Source: an uncultured Gammaproteobacteria bacterium
GTDB lineage: Bacteria; Patescibacteriota; Microgenomatia; UBA10105; UBA927
Assembly: GCA_964527425.1 (NCBI GenBank)
Contig: CAZGOA010000001.1
Location: forward strand, 179,273 to 243,272
Length of the DNA: 64,000 nucleotides
Direction: 5' to 3'
Under the pieces are notes generated by a model. It was given only the letters and a program-made list of their open reading frames with translations, searched no databases and was not told where the DNA came from. The position numbers and the translations under genes were made by a program. Positions 59,941 through 64,000 of the stretch are shown here, piece by piece; position 1 is the stretch's first letter, and each line of letters begins with the position of its first letter.

Positions 59941-60888
59941 ATGACAACACACTTAGAGACAATAGCTACTAAAAACTTTGAAGGATATACAATGGTGGTC
60001 CCTGAATGGGAACCATTTACTGGTCATGAACGTTTTTTGTTCGATAGATTATGTCATATTAGAAGTTACCTAAAATCTGTTATAGATCCTCAAGTATTAA
60101 GAAGAAATGCGATTCTTGTGGTAGGTTCTGATGGGAGACTTGAAAATGCAAAAAGTTCTATTTTTGTATCGCCTATAGAATTTTGTGTTCTGGGAAAAAA
60201 TGAAGCAGACTACACTGTAATAAATACTGCGATTGTAAAAGGCATTAAAAGCAAAATAATTCATGCTGCTGATAGTGCTGTAGAATGGAAAAACCTGTCA
60301 ATTAGATCAGTAAATTATCTTATTTCTGGATATAATGGGGAACCTTATAGGGTATGGCCAGATAGAATTTTTGATAGTTTAATGCTTGAAGGTAATGAGC
60401 ATCTTGTTATTGATGCTTGTAAAAGAATTCACGAAGAATGGAAATCTAATAGTGTTATTAGAGAACGATTAAGAAAAAATTTAAAAATGTACTTACTAAC
60501 TAATAGAACAGGGACAAATAATTATAAAACTCACTTTGATAGTTCAACTGGAGAAATTTTTTTTGATAAACAACAATATATTCGTGGATTAAAATATGGT
60601 CCTATTAGATTAGTTCAAGGAATATTAACTTTACATCAATTAGAGAATGGAATTATTAATACTGATACAAGAACAATTGTTAAACTTAGAGAACAATATC
60701 CACTTGACTCTGAGGTTAGATTAGCATATCAACATGCATTACTTATTTATCATGCACAACAAGAACATTTTTCCAAAAACGGAAATGGACATATGATTAT
60801 TAATCCACATGTTTTAAGCAAGATTACCCAAACTATTGATCATTTTGCTACTCGTGAACTACGAAGTATGACTAATCTATCTATTTAA
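59941..60888 (+). CDS. hypothetical protein (315 aa) with a degenerate nucleotidyltransferase-like GS-x-GR-x-E motif
   Basis: VVGSDGRLENAKSSIFV loosely resembles the GlnD/GlnE-type NTase GxYGRGEL...SDIDLL block, but the catalytic acidic residues are not conserved. Otherwise no match. Confidence 0.4.
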   Translation: MTTHLETIATKNFEGYTMVVPEWEPFTGHERFLFDRLCHIRSYLKSVIDPQVLRRNAILVVGSDGRLENAKSSIFVSPIEFCVLGKNEADYTVINTAIVKGIKSKIIHAADSAVEWKNLSIRSVNYLISGYNGEPYRVWPDRIFDSLMLEGNEHLVIDACKRIHEEWKSNSVIRERLRKNLKMYLLTNRTGTNNYKTHFDSSTGEIFFDKQQYIRGLKYGPIRLVQGILTLHQLENGIINTDTRTIVKLREQYPLDSEVRLAYQHALLIYHAQQEHFSKNGNGHMIINPHVLSKITQTIDHFATRELRSMTNLSI

Positions 60889-62558
60889 TATTTCAAATCT
60901 TTCACTTTCAGTTCAATTTTTTCTTTTCCATTCCATATATTATTGGTAATTGTGTAAGCTAAATTAATGGTTGATTGTTTTTGGAGTTCGGGAAAGAGTT
61001 GTCCCATGTTGAAGGCAATGGCTTCTATTGTTTGTTTTCTATCGTTTTGTAATTTTAGTTTGAGATGCTTCCCTTCTTGTCCAACTAATCTTGCTTCTAA
61101 TACTGGAACATCAGTACTTACGAAGACAGGATCGTAGTTTGCCATTCCGAAGGGTGAGAGTTGTTGTAAGGTGGAATAAAGTTCTGCTGTTACTAAGGAT
61201 AATGGCATTTGCAAATCAACTGACAAACTTCGAATCGTCATTTCTTTTGTAATATGTTTCTCTGCATATGCTTCCATACGTTGAATGAATTCTTGTAGAT
61301 TGTTTGTTTCTATGGTGAATCCGGCAGCCATTGGATGACCTCCAACATCTACTAATAGGTCATTTTGAGATCTAATTGCTTCTACGATATTAAAACCTGC
61401 AATTGATCTTGCACTGGCTTTGGATATTGTTTCTCCTTTTGAGAGGACTATAGCTGGAAGATAATGCTCTTCAACTAATTTACCGGCAATTAAACCAATG
61501 ATTCCCTGATTATATGATTCATCTGCGATGACTAGTATTTTTTTAATTTCGTGCTTTTTATCTTTTATGACTAATTCTTTTGCATGAAGAGTACTTTCTT
61601 GAGTTAAATACTGACGTTCTTTGTTTACTAATGATAGTTTTCCTGCTAAAGCAGACGCTCGTTCTTCGTTGGTTGTGCAAAGTAATCTCAATGCATCGAG
61701 AGCATGATCGAGTCTCCCTAATGCATTGATACGTGGCGCTAAGATATGAGAAATATCATAGGTGGTTAACTGTTTATCTGTTAAGGTTGCTTCTTGGAGA
61801 AGTGCTAATACACCTAATCGAGATGAGGTACTCAATGCCTTTAGGCCAAATGACGCTATGGCCCTGTTAATTCCACTTAATGGTAATAAATCTGCTATTG
61901 TTCCAATAGATGCAACACCAAGTAAATCGTATGGATCTATGTCTTTTATCATCGTATTCTTGTTTCGTTCATATAATGTTTTAGAAACAAACCATGCGAC
62001 ACCGGAACCTGAAAGAGTAGTTGTATGTACTATGGTAGTGTCTGGAAGAATTTCTGATTTGGTATGGTGGTCGGTGACTATAACATCTATACCTTGTGAT
62101 TTTGCATATGCGACTTTTTCATGGCCAGTTATTCCATGATCAACTGTAATAATAAGTGTTGCGTTATGTTCTTTTTTTACTGTATCTATGCCAATGGTTG
62201 ATAATCCATACCCTTCCCCTTCTCGGTGAGGTATATATGGCATAACCTTACCTCCCATTGCATAAATTGTTTCCCACATAACTGTACCAGCTGTTACACC
62301 GTCAGCATCATAATCTGCATAAACGATAATTGATTCTTTATTTTTTACTGCTTGTTCTATTCTTTCTGCAGCTTTTTCTAGCATGATAGGGTCTATTCCA
62401 ACTGTTTCTGCTGTGAAGATTAAGGGGGTTTTGGGTGTTAAAAATTGTTCGATATCTTCTTGAGTTGTTATACCTCTCTGTTTAAGAAGCAATTGCAGGA
62501 TATCTTTACTGGTTATCCTCGGATTATCTATTGTTTGTTTGATGTCCCATTTCTTCAT
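60885..62558 (-). CDS. recJ: single-stranded-DNA-specific exonuclease RecJ
   Basis: 557 aa. DHH motifs (YADYDADGVTAG, ITVDHG, VIVTDHH) and DHHA1 region (GGHPMAAG). Confidence 0.9.
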   Translation of the reverse strand: MKKWDIKQTIDNPRITSKDILQLLLKQRGITTQEDIEQFLTPKTPLIFTAETVGIDPIMLEKAAERIEQAVKNKESIIVYADYDADGVTAGTVMWETIYAMGGKVMPYIPHREGEGYGLSTIGIDTVKKEHNATLIITVDHGITGHEKVAYAKSQGIDVIVTDHHTKSEILPDTTIVHTTTLSGSGVAWFVSKTLYERNKNTMIKDIDPYDLLGVASIGTIADLLPLSGINRAIASFGLKALSTSSRLGVLALLQEATLTDKQLTTYDISHILAPRINALGRLDHALDALRLLCTTNEERASALAGKLSLVNKERQYLTQESTLHAKELVIKDKKHEIKKILVIADESYNQGIIGLIAGKLVEEHYLPAIVLSKGETISKASARSIAGFNIVEAIRSQNDLLVDVGGHPMAAGFTIETNNLQEFIQRMEAYAEKHITKEMTIRSLSVDLQMPLSLVTAELYSTLQQLSPFGMANYDPVFVSTDVPVLEARLVGQEGKHLKLKLQNDRKQTIEAIAFNMGQLFPELQKQSTINLAYTITNNIWNGKEKIELKVKDLKY

Positions 62559-62647
62559 GAGTTTTAATAGTACACTTTTTTAATGAAAGATGCTCTATAA
62601 AAATGTCAGTTCTTAGAGTACTTCAAACCCAGATCAGAAATTATTAA

Positions 62648-62661
62648 GATCCGGGATCGGG
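62648..62661. repeat. GC-rich intergenic repeat, B motif core copy
   Basis: GATCCGGGATCGGG between the divergent recJ and cca starts. Matches the core of the copies at 52725 and 57535. Confidence 0.45.
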
Positions 62662-62694
62662 TAAAATTCACAATACTGCGATATAATATCAAGC

Positions 62695-64000
62695 ATGAAA
62701 ACAATGCCACAATCGGCAGAGGAAATAATTGAAACATTAAAACATGCGGGATATGAAGCCTATGCAGTAGGGGGATCTGTTCGTGATTTTTTAATGGACA
62801 AAGAAACGAGAGGATGGGACTTTACCACCAATGCTACTCCTGAACAAATCCTTGAGATCTTTCCTGATAGTTTTTATGACAATCAGTTTGGTACGGTTGG
62901 TGTAAAAATATATTTCAATGGCAAGCCGGAAACAACTGACATCAATGAGGAGGCAATTAAACCTGATGATATTTATGAAATAACGACATATAGAAGTGAA
63001 CAAGGTTATACTGATAATCGACATCCTGATCAAATTACCTGGGGTCATTCGTTATTAGAAGACTTATCACGAAGAGATTTTACAATAAATGCCATTGCCT
63101 TTGATGGTAAAGAACTGATTGATCCCTATAATGGACAGCAAGATCTTGAACATAAAGTAATTAAAACTGTTGGTGATCCACATGCTCGATTTTCGGAAGA
63201 TGCTCTACGCATTATGAGAGCAGTGAGGATTGCAACTGTATTGGGTTTTTTAATTGAAGAACAAACGCTCTCAGCAATAAAACATCATGCAAGAAGTTTG
63301 TTGCAAATTTCGCGTGAACGAATTCGTGATGAATTAATGAAAATATTATCAAGTGATTATCCTGCAGATGGGATATTGTTACTCAAGAATACAGGGATAC
63401 TCTCCGTTATTTTTCCTGAATTACACGATGCTTTTGAAGTACCACAAAAAAGTCCGAAGAGACACCATATTTATGATGTAGGAACTCATTCGGTGATGGC
63501 ATTGAAATATGCACCAACTAAAGATCCAATTGTGCGACTTGCCACTCTTATTCATGATATTGGAAAACCTGCAACATTTAGAAAAGATGAAACAGGGCTT
63601 ATTACTTTTTTTAATCATGAAGTAGTTGGGATGAGAATAGCAAAAAAGATTGTTGAGAGACTCAGGCTTTCTAAAAAACAATCAGAAAAAATATTAACCC
63701 TTGTGCGATGGCATCAATTTACCGTTGATGAGAGGCAAACTGACAGCGCTATAAGGCGATTTATAAGAAGAGTTGGTAAAGAGAATATTAATGACATGTT
63801 AGCTCTGCGTATTGGGGATCGACTTGGTGGCGGTGCTTTAGAAACTTCTTGGAGACTTGAGCTATTTAAGAAACGACTTGAGGAAGTTCAATTGCAACCA
63901 TTTAGTATTAAGGATTTAAAAGTAAATGGCTTTGATGTTATGAAAGTATTAGATGTTAAACCTGGACCAATTATTGGACAGACTTTAGACGCTTTGTTTA
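62695..64000 (+). CDS. cca: CCA-adding enzyme / tRNA nucleotidyltransferase with HD domain (3' end beyond window)
   Basis: Open frame from the ATG at 62695 to the window end. N-terminal polA-head domain (GYEAYAVGGSVRDFLM, RDFTINA) and HD domain (HDIGKP). Confidence 0.85.
   Translation, partial: MKTMPQSAEEIIETLKHAGYEAYAVGGSVRDFLMDKETRGWDFTTNATPEQILEIFPDSFYDNQFGTVGVKIYFNGKPETTDINEEAIKPDDIYEITTYRSEQGYTDNRHPDQITWGHSLLEDLSRRDFTINAIAFDGKELIDPYNGQQDLEHKVIKTVGDPHARFSEDALRIMRAVRIATVLGFLIEEQTLSAIKHHARSLLQISRERIRDELMKILSSDYPADGILLLKNTGILSVIFPELHDAFEVPQKSPKRHHIYDVGTHSVMALKYAPTKDPIVRLATLIHDIGKPATFRKDETGLITFFNHEVVGMRIAKKIVERLRLSKKQSEKILTLVRWHQFTVDERQTDSAIRRFIRRVGKENINDMLALRIGDRLGGGALETSWRLELFKKRLEEVQLQPFSIKDLKVNGFDVMKVLDVKPGPIIGQTLDALF

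Noticed and set aside
1-64000. CRISPR arrays, rRNA genes, integrase/transposase genes, prophage blocks
   Set aside because: No evenly spaced direct repeats with unique spacers, no rRNA-like conserved stretches, and no recombinase/transposase motifs were seen. The tRNA-adjacent region lacks an integrase.

Overview
This is an AT-rich bacterial chromosomal segment, densely coded, with mostly housekeeping genes. There is a long co-directional minus-strand run: lon, two-subunit 2-oxoacid:ferredoxin oxidoreductase (korAB), a ferredoxin, and a suf Fe-S assembly operon (sufC-sufB-sufD-Rieske-sufS-sufU). Other recognisable genes are mutS-mutL, obg, thyA-folA, era, gltX, aspS, recJ, cca (partial), two greA paralogs, rsmG and two tRNAs (Glu-CUC on +, Gln-CUG on -). 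Accessory-looking content includes a tRNA-Glu-adjacent three-gene cluster of predicted nuclease/ATP-binding proteins, bracketed on one side by a degenerate copy of the tRNA 3' end. It also includes a TetR-linked carotenoid cluster (crtI/crtB-like desaturase and synthase, UbiA prenyltransferase, GT2 glycosyltransferase), a GH18-like pair with a Pro/Thr-rich CAP-domain protein, and an APH-family kinase next to an MFS transporter. The most notable observations are: (i) aspS encodes an AspRS lacking the GAD insertion but carrying a C-terminal YbaK/ProX-like deacylase domain, preceded by a T-box-like leader; (ii) a family of GC-rich short intergenic repeats (GATCCGGGAKCGG...GATGAGGCTACC) at three loci; (iii) an unannotated 58-aa Cys-rich zinc-ribbon ORF overlapping the 3' end of the ferredoxin gene; (iv) back-to-back promoters with a short leader ORF and terminator between aspS and a downstream hypothetical gene. 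No rRNA, CRISPR array, integrase or transposase was recognised. Several T-box features (T-box motif, SufU, a bacillithiol-type PIG-L deacetylase) are Firmicutes/Terrabacteria-like, but taxonomy cannot be fixed from the sequence alone.
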